The notes under the pieces are model-generated. The model made no database searches. It was not told the DNA's origin and worked only from the letters and a program-made list of their open reading frames with translations. The position numbers were made by a program, and so were the translations under genes. DNA of 64,000 nucleotides from Candidatus Dadabacteria bacterium (lineage in GTDB: Bacteria; Desulfobacterota_D; UBA1144; Nemesobacterales; Nemesobacteraceae): positions 22,968-86,967 of the forward strand of contig JAJDTG010000010.1 of the NCBI GenBank assembly GCA_022827275.1. Reading direction: 5' to 3'. This document shows, piece by piece, positions 37,314 to 48,017 of this stretch (position 1 is the first letter of the stretch; every line of letters begins with the position of its first letter).

Positions 37314-37689
37314 GACCGGCAAAATACTACCATTAAAATAGAAGAATCAAATACGCTGACATGTTTGTAAAGGCTTTACCTGCGGGTACTTTCGATGATT
37401 TTCAGGCATGATTGTTGTGAGGTTGTTTGTTGATCGGTTGTTTTATGACGGTCCGATTTCTCAAAGGGAGGCAAGTTGAGCCAGTAGCGTGTGTGGCGTC
37501 GTTACCCGGTTCTGTTTAGTGTGCCCTGACTTATGCAGAAAAGGCTCCTCGAAAGGTATCAGAACAGACTGATCCAATGTGAAGTTCGGCCAATCAGAAT
37601 GTTGCCATATTCATTCCATGAGCGATAAAAACACCTCCTATAGCCCATATTTCTGCCAGTTTTTAAGCTATAGACCAAGCGCTATAGTT

Positions 37690-39015
37690 TCAACAAGAAA
37701 CGGATACTCGGCAAGAAGAGTCGTACGCAGCTATACTTTCTATGGCTCTTTGAGCGATGATTTTACGCCTTTTTTCTTTGCCCATTCTCCCCTCCACCTT
37801 GGGGAAAAGGCCGAAGTTTATGTTCATCGGCTGAAAGCCGGTTTTTCCGGGGGTTGAGATGTACTCAAGCAGGGAACCTATGGATGTTTCCCTTGGGACG
37901 TGGGCAGATGCGAGTCCGAGCGCTTTTCTCGAAGCGTTTATTCCGCAGACGATTCCCGTTGCGGCGGACTCGACGTATCCTTCAACTCCCGTGATCTGTC
38001 CGGCGAAAAAAACGTCTGGACGGGAACTCAGGGAAAGGTTTTTCTCAAGGAGCCTAGGGGAATCTATGTACGTGTTTCTGTGCACGCTTCCGTATCTTAG
38101 AAACTCTGCTCTTTCAAGTCCCGGGATCTTTCTGAAAACGGTCCTTTGTTGGGGGTATCTGAGCTTTGTCTGAAACCCCACCATGTTATACATCGTTTCC
38201 TCGCTGTTCTCTGTTCTTAGCTGCAGCACGGCAAAGGGAGATTTGCCGGTCTTCGGGTCAACTAGGCCAACGGGTTTTAAGGGGCCGAACCTAAGAGTAT
38301 CCTTTCCCCTTTCACACATAACCTCAACCGGCATGCAGCTTTGAAAGTAGATTGCCTTCTCGAACTCCCTGGTTTCCACTTTTTCTCCGCGAATCAGGTC
38401 GTCCACAAGTTCGTAGTACTGATCCTCAGAGAGCGGACAGTTGAGATAATCTCCCTCTTGTGAGTCTCCGCGGTCATATCTTGATCCTCTGAAGATTTTC
38501 AAGCGGTCGATTGTATCAGCGTCGATTATCGGCGAGATGGCGTCGTAGAAGTAAAGGTATTCGGATTCCGTGAGCGAGGAAATCTCCGCGCAGAGCGCGT
38601 CCGAGGTAAGAGGACCGGTGGCCACGATCACGATCCCGTCTTCGGGTATTTTCGTTACTTCCTCCCTTCTTAGATCTATAAGTCCGTTATCCTGAATCTT
38701 CCGCGTTATGTAATCCGAGAATATTTCCCTGTCGACCGCAAGAGCTTTTCCGGCAGGAACCCTGGCCGCCTCGGCCGCCTCGATCACAAGCGAACCTAGA
38801 GATTTCATTTCTTCTTTGAGTATTCCGGAGGCGTTCTCCATGGATACCGATTTCAGGGAATTACTGCACACAAGCTCCGCGAGACCCGAGGTTCTGTGCG
38901 CGGCAGTTTTCCTGCGGGGCCTCATTTCATAGAGAGTCACCCTTACTCCAAACTTTGAGATCTGGTTCGCGGCTTCAACGCCTGCGAGTCCCGCGCCGAT
39001 TACTGTTATTGACAA
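37690..39015 (-). CDS. trmFO: methylenetetrahydrofolate--tRNA-(uracil54-C5)-methyltransferase
   Basis: VIGAGLAGVEAA FAD motif and AHRTSGLAELVCSNSL TrmFO signature. Confidence 0.85.
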   Translation of the reverse strand: MSITVIGAGLAGVEAANQISKFGVRVTLYEMRPRRKTAAHRTSGLAELVCSNSLKSVSMENASGILKEEMKSLGSLVIEAAEAARVPAGKALAVDREIFSDYITRKIQDNGLIDLRREEVTKIPEDGIVIVATGPLTSDALCAEISSLTESEYLYFYDAISPIIDADTIDRLKIFRGSRYDRGDSQEGDYLNCPLSEDQYYELVDDLIRGEKVETREFEKAIYFQSCMPVEVMCERGKDTLRFGPLKPVGLVDPKTGKSPFAVLQLRTENSEETMYNMVGFQTKLRYPQQRTVFRKIPGLERAEFLRYGSVHRNTYIDSPRLLEKNLSLSSRPDVFFAGQITGVEGYVESAATGIVCGINASRKALGLASAHVPRETSIGSLLEYISTPGKTGFQPMNINFGLFPKVEGRMGKEKRRKIIAQRAIESIAAYDSSCRVSVSC

Positions 39016-39159
39016 TTGCTTATACCGAACCCTTGAACTTGAGTAACGCTTTTAGCTTTCTCTGACTGAAGTTAGTTTGCAAGTGCCGGAAATCTCTTTT
39101 TCACGATATTCCTGGTCGCATCCCGAGTCTCGGTCGTTTTCAAATCCGGATCAGGACAT

Positions 39160-40056
39160 TCAGTCGATATTGCGTCCAGTGATTCGGCAAATCGTTCCTT
39201 CGTCCCTAAGTTCAGATTTCCACAACTGAGGATTTGTCCAACACCCTCCAAACTCGGAGTTCATTTGACAGTTTCTAAACTCTTCTGTCTGTTCGTACTC
39301 CCGCCGCTGTTCTTCCCGCCTCTGCCTTATTTCCTCGCTGTCCAGTTCAGAAGGGTCTAGATCTTCTTGGTAGTTAATCGCCGACCCGTCGGAATATGTC
39401 TCCACCATGTCGTCAAGCGTTAATACTGTTTCTTCCCCGTTAAAAGAAAAGGCGTACGACTTGAGTCTTCCGGGCAAACCTTCTTCTTTTAAGTACAAAC
39501 GCCCACCGTAAACCCGCCATTCCCCTCTCCATTCTCCCCTCCGGTCAAAAGCAAACCCGAATTCCTCCATTTTCCAAGTGGAATTATAAGGCATCCCTCT
39601 TCTGTGACATCCTTCATTGGGAGGCTCAGCAACGGAGGCATCCGCAATAATAATCCCCCATCTTGTAAGACTGGTATGATACGTTCCGTTATCGTAAAAA
39701 TAAGTTTCTGTATTAATCCCGAATGAGTCCGTCCGCCTTCTACAATTCCAGGCGGAATGTTCGTCAAGAAGGAAATTCGTATTGAGCTTTTCACCGGGAA
39801 GAGGAAGATCTTCATGTTCATATACGGAACAGGTTTCTTCAACCCAATTCTTTTCCAGTTCGAAATCTCTTGGATGTAACTTACTGGCTGTGGAACCTTC
39901 AGGATACGCCGTTTCAATTTCTCCGTCTCCGGTCTTTGCTGTTTCAAAAACAAATCCGTTTCCTTCTTCTCCTCTTTCTCCTCCTCCGCAACCCATCAGT
40001 AGAAACAGGGAGAGAAGCAAGGCAGCGCAGTATAGGCAATAATGTCTGTCCTTCAT
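39160..40056 (-). CDS. hypothetical lipoprotein
   Basis: Signal peptide + lipobox LLMGCGGG; Trp/Tyr-rich; no family recognised. Confidence 0.5.
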   Translation of the reverse strand: MKDRHYCLYCAALLLSLFLLMGCGGGERGEEGNGFVFETAKTGDGEIETAYPEGSTASKLHPRDFELEKNWVEETCSVYEHEDLPLPGEKLNTNFLLDEHSAWNCRRRTDSFGINTETYFYDNGTYHTSLTRWGIIIADASVAEPPNEGCHRRGMPYNSTWKMEEFGFAFDRRGEWRGEWRVYGGRLYLKEEGLPGRLKSYAFSFNGEETVLTLDDMVETYSDGSAINYQEDLDPSELDSEEIRQRREEQRREYEQTEEFRNCQMNSEFGGCWTNPQLWKSELRDEGTICRITGRNID

Positions 40057-40170
40057 GTTCGATTTCTCGTGTAACTTTTAAAATGATATTTTAACAGATT
40101 AAGGGGGGACTGTATCTGCCTTGATACTTTTTGAAGCAAGAACATACATAAGATATAATTTCCCAAGATT

Positions 40171-40830
40171 ATGAGCTACGGAGCAGTTGTATTTGACCTT
40201 GACGGAACCCTGATAGACTCTCTTGAGGACCTTGCCGATGCCGTGAATCAGGCGCTTGGAATAAACGGGTTTCCAGCGCGCGCGACCGGGTGCTACAAGT
40301 ACTTTATAGGAAAAGGTCCAAAGGTCATGGTGTCCAGAGCCCTCCCCGAGGACAAAAGAAGCGATGACGCTGTCGTTGAAAAGTGCCTTGCCGATTTCAA
40401 CAGCATCTACAGCCGCGCCTTTAACGTAAAAACCACGCTTTATGACGGCATACCGGATCTTCTGAACGAGCTTTCCGAAAGAGGTCTGAAAAAGGCGATT
40501 CTTACCAACAAGCCGCACGTGTTTACCGAAAAATACGTGGAGGATCTGCTTGCTGACTGGAATTTTGAGGTGGTCATAGGTCAGAGGGATGAAATTCCAA
40601 GAAAACCCGATCCCTCGGGAGCGTTGCGGATATCGAGGGAACTCGGGATTGACTCGTCACAGATGGTTTACCTTGGAGACTCGGGGGTGGACATGCTTAC
40701 CGCGGTCGGGGCGGGTATGCTTCCGGTGGGAGTTCTCTGGGGTTTTCGAACGGGAGACGAGCTTCGTGAAAACGGAGCCGAACATTTGATAGAAACTCCT
40801 ATGGATCTGCTCTCGATTATTGACTTGTAG
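40171..40830 (+). CDS. HAD-superfamily hydrolase (phosphoglycolate-phosphatase-like)
   Basis: AVVFDLDGTLIDS motif I, LTNKP motif II, GDSGVD motif IV. Confidence 0.8.
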   Translation: MSYGAVVFDLDGTLIDSLEDLADAVNQALGINGFPARATGCYKYFIGKGPKVMVSRALPEDKRSDDAVVEKCLADFNSIYSRAFNVKTTLYDGIPDLLNELSERGLKKAILTNKPHVFTEKYVEDLLADWNFEVVIGQRDEIPRKPDPSGALRISRELGIDSSQMVYLGDSGVDMLTAVGAGMLPVGVLWGFRTGDELRENGAEHLIETPMDLLSIIDL

Positions 40831-40849
40831 TTTCCGGCACGTGATAGCC

Positions 40850-41995
40850 ATGGACTTTGAACATGTAAAACTGGGAATTCTCGGAGGCGGTCAACTCGGG
40901 AAAATGCTTTGTCTGGTTGCAAGCAACTGGAACCTCCACACCTATGTGCTCGATCCTTCCGCCGATTGTCCGGCAGCGTCCGTATGCACCGAATTTACCC
41001 GTGGAGATTTCAGGAATTACGAGGATGTCTACGAATTTGGCAGGAATGTTGACATCCTGACAATAGAGATTGAGCACGTGAACCTGCAGGCGCTTTTCCA
41101 GCTGCGGGAAGAAGGAGTTGTTATAAGGCCTGAGCCCCACGCGCTTGAACTCATACAGGACAAGGCGAAGCAGAAGGAGTTCTATGTTTCTAAAGAACTT
41201 CCCACAGCCGACTTTTCAGTCTTCCCCGGGGAAAAAGCTATAGTCGAGGCCGTCGGGTCCGGGGAGATAAAAATTCCTTTCGTCCAGAAACTTTCAAGGA
41301 CGGGTTATGATGGAAGGGGAGTGTATATCGTAAGGGAGAAAGAACAGCTCAACGAACTTTTAAAAGGAGAATCCGTCATTGAGGATCTCGTTGATGTGGA
41401 AAAGGAGATCTCCGTTATAGTCTCGCGTAATTCCACCGGAGAGACGAAATGTTTTCCTCCGGTAGAAATGCTGTTTAACAGCCGTGCAAACATAGTTGAA
41501 TTCCTGATAAGTCCCTGCGAGCTTGACGATGCGATGTCCGCTCAGGCATGTGAACTTGCCGAGCGTACGATAAAGTCTTTTGACATGTGCGGGATACTCG
41601 CGGTTGAGATGTTTGTTTCCAAAAAAGGCGATATTCTCATAAACGAATCCGCTCCGAGGCCGCATAACAGCGGGCATCACACGATTGACGCGGCTTGCAC
41701 CTCGCAGTATGAGCAGTGCCTGAGATCGATTCTTGATCTTCCCCCGGGCGATACTGAAATAAAAACTCCTTCTGTTATGATTAACATTCTGGGGCAGCCG
41801 GGTTTCGAGGGCGAGGTAAGGTACGAGGGACTTCGTGGATGCATGGGCGTTGAAGGAGCCAAGTTCCACATATACGGTAAAACCCTGACTAAGCCTTACA
41901 GAAAGATGGGACATGTCACAGTGCTTGACGACAATATTTCAGGTGCGCTTGAGAAAGCGAGATTCATAATGAACAACCTGAGGGCAATAGCATGA
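40850..41995 (+). CDS. purK: N5-carboxyaminoimidazole ribonucleotide synthase
   Basis: [16 protein letters not shown]-grasp N-terminus, PurK family. Confidence 0.85.
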   Translation: MDFEHVKLGILGGGQLGKMLCLVASNWNLHTYVLDPSADCPAASVCTEFTRGDFRNYEDVYEFGRNVDILTIEIEHVNLQALFQLREEGVVIRPEPHALELIQDKAKQKEFYVSKELPTADFSVFPGEKAIVEAVGSGEIKIPFVQKLSRTGYDGRGVYIVREKEQLNELLKGESVIEDLVDVEKEISVIVSRNSTGETKCFPPVEMLFNSRANIVEFLISPCELDDAMSAQACELAERTIKSFDMCGILAVEMFVSKKGDILINESAPRPHNSGHHTIDAACTSQYEQCLRSILDLPPGDTEIKTPSVMINILGQPGFEGEVRYEGLRGCMGVEGAKFHIYGKTLTKPYRKMGHVTVLDDNISGALEKARFIMNNLRAIA

Positions 41996-42534
41996 AACCT
42001 GTTCTAGTAAGCGTTATCATGGGTTCTGACTCGGATCTTCCGGTCATGGTAGAAGCGGTCGAGGTTCTGGAACAATTTGGCGTAGGGCATGAAGTTACCA
42101 TAGTCTCGGCGCACAGGACGCCGGAACGTCTTGTCGATTTTTCGAAAAAAGCTCATAAAAGAGGAATTAAAGTCATAATAGCCGGGGCGGGAGGTGCAGC
42201 GCATCTTCCGGGAATGGTGGCCTCCGTTTCTCCCCTTCCGGTCATAGGGGTTCCGGTAAAATCCTCAAATTCGATTGATGGGTGGGATTCTGTGCTTTCT
42301 ATCCTGCAGATGCCTTCAGGCGTTCCGGTCGCCACGGTCGCCCTCGGCGGGGCGAAAAACGCCGGCATCCTTGCAGTTGAAATTCTTTCCGTTGCCGATC
42401 CGGAACTTTCACGCGCAGTAGCAGAGTACAAAAAGAAGCTTTCTTCCGAAGTAAAGAAAAAGGCAGCGCGACTTGAAAAGCAGGGTGCCTCGGTCTATCT
42501 TGAGCGAATCGCTCAGAAGGAAGAGATTTCCTGA
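41992..42534 (+). CDS. purE: N5-carboxyaminoimidazole ribonucleotide mutase
   Basis: [14 protein letters not shown]...; start overlaps purK stop. Confidence 0.9.
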   Translation: MKPVLVSVIMGSDSDLPVMVEAVEVLEQFGVGHEVTIVSAHRTPERLVDFSKKAHKRGIKVIIAGAGGAAHLPGMVASVSPLPVIGVPVKSSNSIDGWDSVLSILQMPSGVPVATVALGGAKNAGILAVEILSVADPELSRAVAEYKKKLSSEVKKKAARLEKQGASVYLERIAQKEEIS

Positions 42535-42542
42535 AGCTCCGG

Positions 42543-42971
42543 CTACTGTATGGTCTTTTTATCCGGTTCGTAACCCCGTACGGGGATTGGTGAAGCATGA
42601 TGGAAGATCATAAGCCACCTGCCATCTTGCTTCTCGAATATATTGGTTGACTGAGAGAGATTAAACATGACCGGGTCCCTTTTTATATATACCATCTCCT
42701 GAAGGCATGTGACCCAGGCGATGTTCTCGCTTATATCCATGGTTACGTTTGAAATGCTGATGTCAACCTGATCTTGGGGATCAAAAACGCTTTCCCAGCT
42801 CTGCTTTATGGCTTCCCAGTTGCGAAGAGCTGTCCATCCCGGGTGGACACAGCCGGACCTTGAGTCCTTTACCCAAACCTCTCCCATCAGCTCTAGATTT
42901 CTGGTTCCCAAAGCTTCGTAAAAAAGACTGTTGATCTTGAGTATTTCTTCGCTGTCCTTTTCCATGGTCAT
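42543..42971 (-). CDS. SnoaL-like / NTF2-fold (DUF4440-like) protein
   Basis: 142-aa; pattern INSLFYEALGTRNLELMGEVW...CVHPGW typical of NTF2-like ketosteroid-isomerase fold. Confidence 0.5.
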   Translation of the reverse strand: MTMEKDSEEILKINSLFYEALGTRNLELMGEVWVKDSRSGCVHPGWTALRNWEAIKQSWESVFDPQDQVDISISNVTMDISENIAWVTCLQEMVYIKRDPVMFNLSQSTNIFEKQDGRWLMIFHHASPIPVRGYEPDKKTIQ

Positions 42972-42991
42972 CGGCTTGCTCCTAGGTAATT

Positions 42992-44578
42992 TTACCGGAA
43001 AAGGTCTAAAATTCTGCCGAACTGCGAGAGTATGTCTCCACGCATCCTGAGAATGTCGTTATACAGGGCTGCCGCCATGATGAAAATGAGAAAGGAAAAC
43101 CCGATTCGCTGGGTTATCTCGAGGGTTTTTATGCTAAGCGGCTTTCTCTTTATCTTCTCTATGGCCATATAGAGCAGGTGTCCCCCGTCGAGCATCGGTA
43201 TGGGGAGAAGGTTTATCAGTGCGAGGTTTATGCTTATTAGCGAGGTAAACTGGAGGAGGTTCGATATGCCGCTTTGAGCCACGTCTCCCGACACCTTTGC
43301 TATGAGAAGAGGCCCCGCGACTGTCTTTCCGGCTGTTGCGAGCGCTATTTTCCCGGTTACGAGCTTGAAGAGGAAGCCAAAGAAAAGAATGGTGATCTCA
43401 ACCGTCATTCGCGCCGCTTCTGCTATTCCCCTGTGAATCGATTCGAAAAAACCGTACTTTTTAAGCACTCTGTCTGTGCTTGGAGTGATACCGATTATGT
43501 AGCGTTCTATATCTTTTTGCATCTCCGCCGCCAAGCGAAAATGCATCTTCTCTTCCCCTCTCTCAATCGTGAAATCAAGTTCCTTGCCGCTGCTTTCGGC
43601 TATTATGTCCGACATATGGTTCCAGTCCGTAACCTTTACGCCGTCTATTGCCTTGATCCTGTCTCCCGGACGTATCCCTGCTCTCCAGGCGGGGTGTCCC
43701 TCGGCTACCTCCGCTATGGTTGCGTCTATGGGCCTTGCGAATCCGGTTTCTATTCTGCCATCAGGACCGGCTTCCGCGAAAAGGGTGAGAGTCCTGGTTT
43801 CGTTTCCGGTTCTCACCCTGAATTCAAGCAGCGAGTCAGGATTTGAGTGAACAGCGATGTTCACGTCTTTCCAGTTCTCTACTTCTTTTCCGTTTATGCT
43901 GAGTATCCTGTCGCCCGCGGCGAATCCTGAGAGATGGGCGGGAGAGTCTTTCGTTATATAAGTTATGTCGGGGGGATCTTCGAGATAACCTGAGACGCTT
44001 ATGCCGAACATGAACACAAGGGGCATGAAGAAAAAGGGGATTACGAAATTCATAGCGGGGCCCGCTATGACCACCAAGAATCTGTCTGTAAGAGACTTGC
44101 CGGAAAACCCCCTGTGATAGTCCTTTTCGTAGTAAGCCTCTATGTCGTAAAGGGCCGGGCTGCTGACGGTGAAAGTGTGGACTTTTCCATCTCTTTCGAC
44201 TTCGAGTTCTTTTTCCTGATGCGGGTCTGATTTTAGCGCGTAGAGAAGCCTTTCCCAGTTTGCATACTCCTTAAGACTGAATCCCTTTATCCCGGTGATT
44301 CTGTCCCCTGAGGCAAGTGGCGACCCGGTGTCTGAAACGCTTTCGACAATTACGTTATCTTCCCTGCCCTCGCCGTACATCTTCACGTAGCCGCCGAGGG
44401 GAAGGGCCGAAATTAGGTATTCTGTTTCGCCTCTTACAAAGGAAACAAGCTTCGGGCCGAAACCCAGAGAAAACTTCTCGACCCTGATATTGCTTCTTTT
44501 CGCGAGCAGAAAATGTCCCATCTCGTGAAAAAAGACCAGAATTCCTATTACGAAAATAAAAGCTAAGATAGTAGTCAT
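42992..44578 (-). CDS. rseP: RIP zinc metalloprotease RseP (site-2 protease) with PDZ domains
   Basis: HEMGHFLLAKR HExxH motif in first TM, PDZ segments, LDGG motif; start taken at MTTILAF. Confidence 0.85.
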   Translation of the reverse strand: MTTILAFIFVIGILVFFHEMGHFLLAKRSNIRVEKFSLGFGPKLVSFVRGETEYLISALPLGGYVKMYGEGREDNVIVESVSDTGSPLASGDRITGIKGFSLKEYANWERLLYALKSDPHQEKELEVERDGKVHTFTVSSPALYDIEAYYEKDYHRGFSGKSLTDRFLVVIAGPAMNFVIPFFFMPLVFMFGISVSGYLEDPPDITYITKDSPAHLSGFAAGDRILSINGKEVENWKDVNIAVHSNPDSLLEFRVRTGNETRTLTLFAEAGPDGRIETGFARPIDATIAEVAEGHPAWRAGIRPGDRIKAIDGVKVTDWNHMSDIIAESSGKELDFTIERGEEKMHFRLAAEMQKDIERYIIGITPSTDRVLKKYGFFESIHRGIAEAARMTVEITILFFGFLFKLVTGKIALATAGKTVAGPLLIAKVSGDVAQSGISNLLQFTSLISINLALINLLPIPMLDGGHLLYMAIEKIKRKPLSIKTLEITQRIGFSFLIFIMAAALYNDILRMRGDILSQFGRILDLFR

Positions 44579-44580
44579 CA

Positions 44581-45738
44581 CTAAGAAAGAAAGCTCTCCA
44601 TTATAGAACCGGCGGTGCTCCTCGACCACCTGTCCGCCTCTAATATATTGTCAAGACACCCCGAGTCAAGTTTGTCATGACGCTCGAGAGTTTCCCTGAC
44701 TATCGGGATTATATCGGTGAATTTTATCCTCTCGTCAAGAAATGCGGTTACTGCCACTTCGTTCGCGGCGTTTAGCACAGTCGGATAAGTGCCGCCCATT
44801 CTGAGGCATTCAATTGCCATTGCGGGAGCCTCGAATTTGTCTGTATCGAGAGTTTCGAACGTGATGTCCGAGAGGTCATCCGGCGAGGCGTCGGGGTGCC
44901 CGAAATCGAGCCTTTCGGGGTAGGAAAGCGCTTGGGCTATCGGTATTTTCATGTCAGAGGCGGAAAGATGGGTTATGAACGAGCCGTCAACATACTCAAG
45001 GATTGAATGCACTATGCTCTGGGGATGTACCCAGATCGATATTTTTTCCGCGGGCATGTCAAAAAACCACCTTGCCTCTATGATTTCAAACCCCTTGTTC
45101 ATCAGCGTCGCCGAATCTATGGTTATCTTCTCACCCATTTTCCATGTGGGGTGGCAGAGCGCGTCGGCGACCGTAACCTTCTCCAGGTCTTTTTTCGGGG
45201 TTTTGCGAAACGGCCCGCCAGATGCCGTTATTATGATCCGTTTGAGAAAGTTGCGGTCCTTTTCAAGAAGCGTCTGGAAAACGGCGCTGTGCTCGCTGTC
45301 CACGGGGAGGAGGATAACGCCATGGTTTTTTGCCTCGGAAATAAGGAGTCCTCCGGCCACCACAAGAGATTCCTTGTTTGCTATCGCAACGTTTCTTCCG
45401 GCCTGTATTGCGGACAGTGTGGGCAGAAGCCCCGGGAAACCCACCATGGAGGATATAACCAGATCGCAATCACCTTCCGTGGCAACTGCGATATTCCCCT
45501 CGTCTCCATAATGTATCTGTGTTTTCGCACTGGCGATTCCCCTGAGTCGTTCCGAGTCCTCCTTTCGGGCAACCGATACGATTTTCGGAGCGAATTCCGT
45601 TATCTGTTCTGCAAGAAGATCAATGTTTTTCCCTGCACAGAGACCCGTTACCTCAAACCTCTCGGGAAACCTTCGTACTATCTCAAGCGTCTGCGACCCG
45701 ATCGAGCCGGTTGATCCGAGTATGGAGATTTTCTTCAA
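44581..45738 (-). CDS. dxr: 1-deoxy-D-xylulose 5-phosphate reductoisomerase
   Basis: MKKISILGSTGSIGSQTLEIV N-terminus. Confidence 0.9.
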   Translation of the reverse strand: MKKISILGSTGSIGSQTLEIVRRFPERFEVTGLCAGKNIDLLAEQITEFAPKIVSVARKEDSERLRGIASAKTQIHYGDEGNIAVATEGDCDLVISSMVGFPGLLPTLSAIQAGRNVAIANKESLVVAGGLLISEAKNHGVILLPVDSEHSAVFQTLLEKDRNFLKRIIITASGGPFRKTPKKDLEKVTVADALCHPTWKMGEKITIDSATLMNKGFEIIEARWFFDMPAEKISIWVHPQSIVHSILEYVDGSFITHLSASDMKIPIAQALSYPERLDFGHPDASPDDLSDITFETLDTDKFEAPAMAIECLRMGGTYPTVLNAANEVAVTAFLDERIKFTDIIPIVRETLERHDKLDSGCLDNILEADRWSRSTAGSIMESFLS

Positions 45739-45739
45739 T

Positions 45740-46480
45740 CTAGCGTCCTTTCTCCCGTATCTGCTCTCCTGTCAGTCCGAACCTTCTTTCCCTGTTGCGG
45801 TAATTGGCGATGGCCTTTAACAGATGCCTTCTTCTGAAATTCGGCCAGAGTGTCTTCGTGACGTATATTTCGGCATAGGCCAGTTGCCACAACAGAAAGT
45901 TCGAAAGTCTCATCTCCCCCCCGGTTCTTATGAGCAGATCCGGTTCCGGCAGGCCTGAGGTATAGAGATATTCCTGAAAATCCTCCTCGGAAACCGGTTT
46001 TTTCTTTCCCTCCGCGAGTATGCTGTTTACGGCGTTGATTATCTCCTCTCTGCCCCCGTAGCTAAGAGCCAGAGTTATTGTCAGGGAGTCGCATTTCTCG
46101 GTCATTTTCATCACGCGTCCGAGAAGTTCGCGTATGTCTTGGGGGAGGTTCGAGAGATTCCCGATCGCATTTAGTCTGGTGTTCTGAGCAAGTAGCTTCT
46201 CTCCTTCATCTGATAGGTACTGCCTTAAGAGGTCCATAAGTGCGAGAACCTCTTTTCCTGGTCTCTTCCAGTTCTGGGCGGAAAACGCGTAAAGAGTTAC
46301 GTATTCTATCCCGATCTCCCGCGCGGCGCGGACCACCGATCTCGCCGATTTTATTCCTTCCCTGTGACCGATCAGCCTGTCAAGATTCTTTCGCCGCGCC
46401 CATCTTCCATTGCCGTCCATTATTATGACAACGTGTCTGGGGATAGGACCCGGTGTGGAGATATTATGGTTTTTCTGCAT
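45740..46480 (-). CDS. uppS: undecaprenyl diphosphate synthase
   Basis: HVVIIMDGNGRWA cis-prenyltransferase motif. Confidence 0.9.
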   Translation of the reverse strand: MQKNHNISTPGPIPRHVVIIMDGNGRWARRKNLDRLIGHREGIKSARSVVRAAREIGIEYVTLYAFSAQNWKRPGKEVLALMDLLRQYLSDEGEKLLAQNTRLNAIGNLSNLPQDIRELLGRVMKMTEKCDSLTITLALSYGGREEIINAVNSILAEGKKKPVSEEDFQEYLYTSGLPEPDLLIRTGGEMRLSNFLLWQLAYAEIYVTKTLWPNFRRRHLLKAIANYRNRERRFGLTGEQIREKGR

Positions 46481-46520
46481 TGCGAGACACTGTTTGAGAG
46501 TTTCGCTGACAACCGTCGTT

Positions 46521-46739
46521 TCAGTTCGCTGCCCGATAGATGTAAGAAACGGGATATACGATCAGAACGACCGTGGCAACTACTACCATGGCCACGATCA
46601 GGGCGACCGGGTAGATGAGAAGTGCCCCCAGGTAAAAAAGGGCTCTTTTCAGCGGAACCCACTCCCGGGATGCTTCGGGAAGGTCGGAAACGCAGCTTTT
46701 GACAAATCCTGATATTATTCCAGTAAAAAGTGTGGACAT
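46521..46739 (-). CDS. hypothetical small membrane protein
   Basis: 72-aa, two hydrophobic helices; sits where cdsA is often found but is not CdsA. Confidence 0.35.
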   Translation of the reverse strand: MSTLFTGIISGFVKSCVSDLPEASREWVPLKRALFYLGALLIYPVALIVAMVVVATVVLIVYPVSYIYRAAN

Positions 46740-46865
46740 ATAAGTGAACCGATCTACCGTAACCCTATCTTATTTCTCCCTTTTCATCAAGGGCGAAGAT
46801 CCTACTTTACTTGCTTAGTCCAAAAAAAAATCCTTTCAGGTAAACTACAGGAAACGTAGGTCGCA

Positions 46866-48005
46866 ATGACAAAATTCCGCTTTTTTTTCATAGTATACGC
46901 GTTAATTCCAGTTTCTCTTTTTTCAACCCCACTTCTCGCAAAAGAAGATACATACAGGGGCCTTTCCGACTTCGCAAAGGCCCTGAATCTGATAGAGAAA
47001 AACTATGTGGAAGAGGTTTCCTCCGAGCAGTTGACCCAGAGTGCCATAAAAGGCATGTTTGACTCTCTTGATCCCTACTCGGTTTACCTTTCATCAGAGA
47101 GCCTGAGAAATCTTGAGATAGGAACTATGGGGGAGTTTGAGGGCATAGGAGTCGAGATTACGGTGCGCGACGGGTTTTTGACCGTTATATCTCCGATTGA
47201 AGGAAGTCCTGCGCAGGAAGCCGGTGTAAGAGCGGGAGACGTGATCGTCTCCATAGACGGGGAAAGTACCGAGAAGACCAACATAGTTGACGCTCTGGAG
47301 AGCATAAGGGGCAGGGAAGGAACTAAAATTGATATCGTTGTCAGAAGAGGTGGAACCGAGGAAACCCATAAGTTCACCATTACAAGACGGATAGTGAAAC
47401 TTAGAAGCGTCGAGTCCAGATTGATCGAAAAAGACATAGGTTATATAAAGCTCTCGCAATTCCACAGGGATTCTGCGGATGAGTTTCTCAGTTCTTACAG
47501 GGGGCTTGAAGAGGAGAATGGCGCGGATCTCGGAGGACTTGTGCTTGACCTCAGAAACAACCCCGGAGGATTGCTCGAACAGGCGCTTGCGCTTAGTGAC
47601 ATGTTCATGGATAAAGGACTTATCCTGAATGTGAAGGGAAGATCCGAACTGACTTCGAAGGAGTATTTCGCTAGGGATGGGATGGAGATACAGACCAATC
47701 ACGTTGCCGTAATCGTAAACCGGGGGAGCGCGAGCGCTTCCGAAGTTCTTGCCGGAGCGCTTAAAGACAGCGGCAGGGCGAAGATAGTTGGTACAAGAAC
47801 ATTCGGCAAGGGTTCAGTTCAGTCCGTAATAGAACTTTCGGGGGAGACGGGAGTGAAGATAACCACGGCGAGACTTTTTACCCCCAAGGGAATCCTGATA
47901 GATGACAAGGGCATAGAACCTGATGTTTTTGTTGAAGGCGGCGACAAGGATGCTCCCTCGGATCCTCAGCTTGCAAGGGCGTTGGAAACTGTGAAGCACA
48001 TGTGA
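46866..48005 (+). CDS. ctpA: carboxyl-terminal processing (S41) peptidase with PDZ domain
   Basis: Signal peptide, PDZ (GDVIVSIDGEST), S41 core with catalytic Ser region (GSASASE) and Lys. Confidence 0.85.
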   Translation: MTKFRFFFIVYALIPVSLFSTPLLAKEDTYRGLSDFAKALNLIEKNYVEEVSSEQLTQSAIKGMFDSLDPYSVYLSSESLRNLEIGTMGEFEGIGVEITVRDGFLTVISPIEGSPAQEAGVRAGDVIVSIDGESTEKTNIVDALESIRGREGTKIDIVVRRGGTEETHKFTITRRIVKLRSVESRLIEKDIGYIKLSQFHRDSADEFLSSYRGLEEENGADLGGLVLDLRNNPGGLLEQALALSDMFMDKGLILNVKGRSELTSKEYFARDGMEIQTNHVAVIVNRGSASASEVLAGALKDSGRAKIVGTRTFGKGSVQSVIELSGETGVKITTARLFTPKGILIDDKGIEPDVFVEGGDKDAPSDPQLARALETVKHM

Positions 48006-48017
48006 GGAGATAAGAGC

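Noticed and set aside
37322-37690. Long (approximately 370 nt) region upstream of glyQS examined for a T-box riboswitch leader
   Set aside because: Read on the minus strand, no T-box consensus (AAUUAGGGUGGNACCGCG), no AGAGA/GNUGA boxes and no GGC specifier context were found. Probably an ordinary promoter/UTR in a lineage without T-box control.
37579-37857. 92-aa + strand ORF in the glyQ-trmFO gap
   Set aside because: It overlaps the trmFO 3' end, has no RBS or motif, and is likely spurious.
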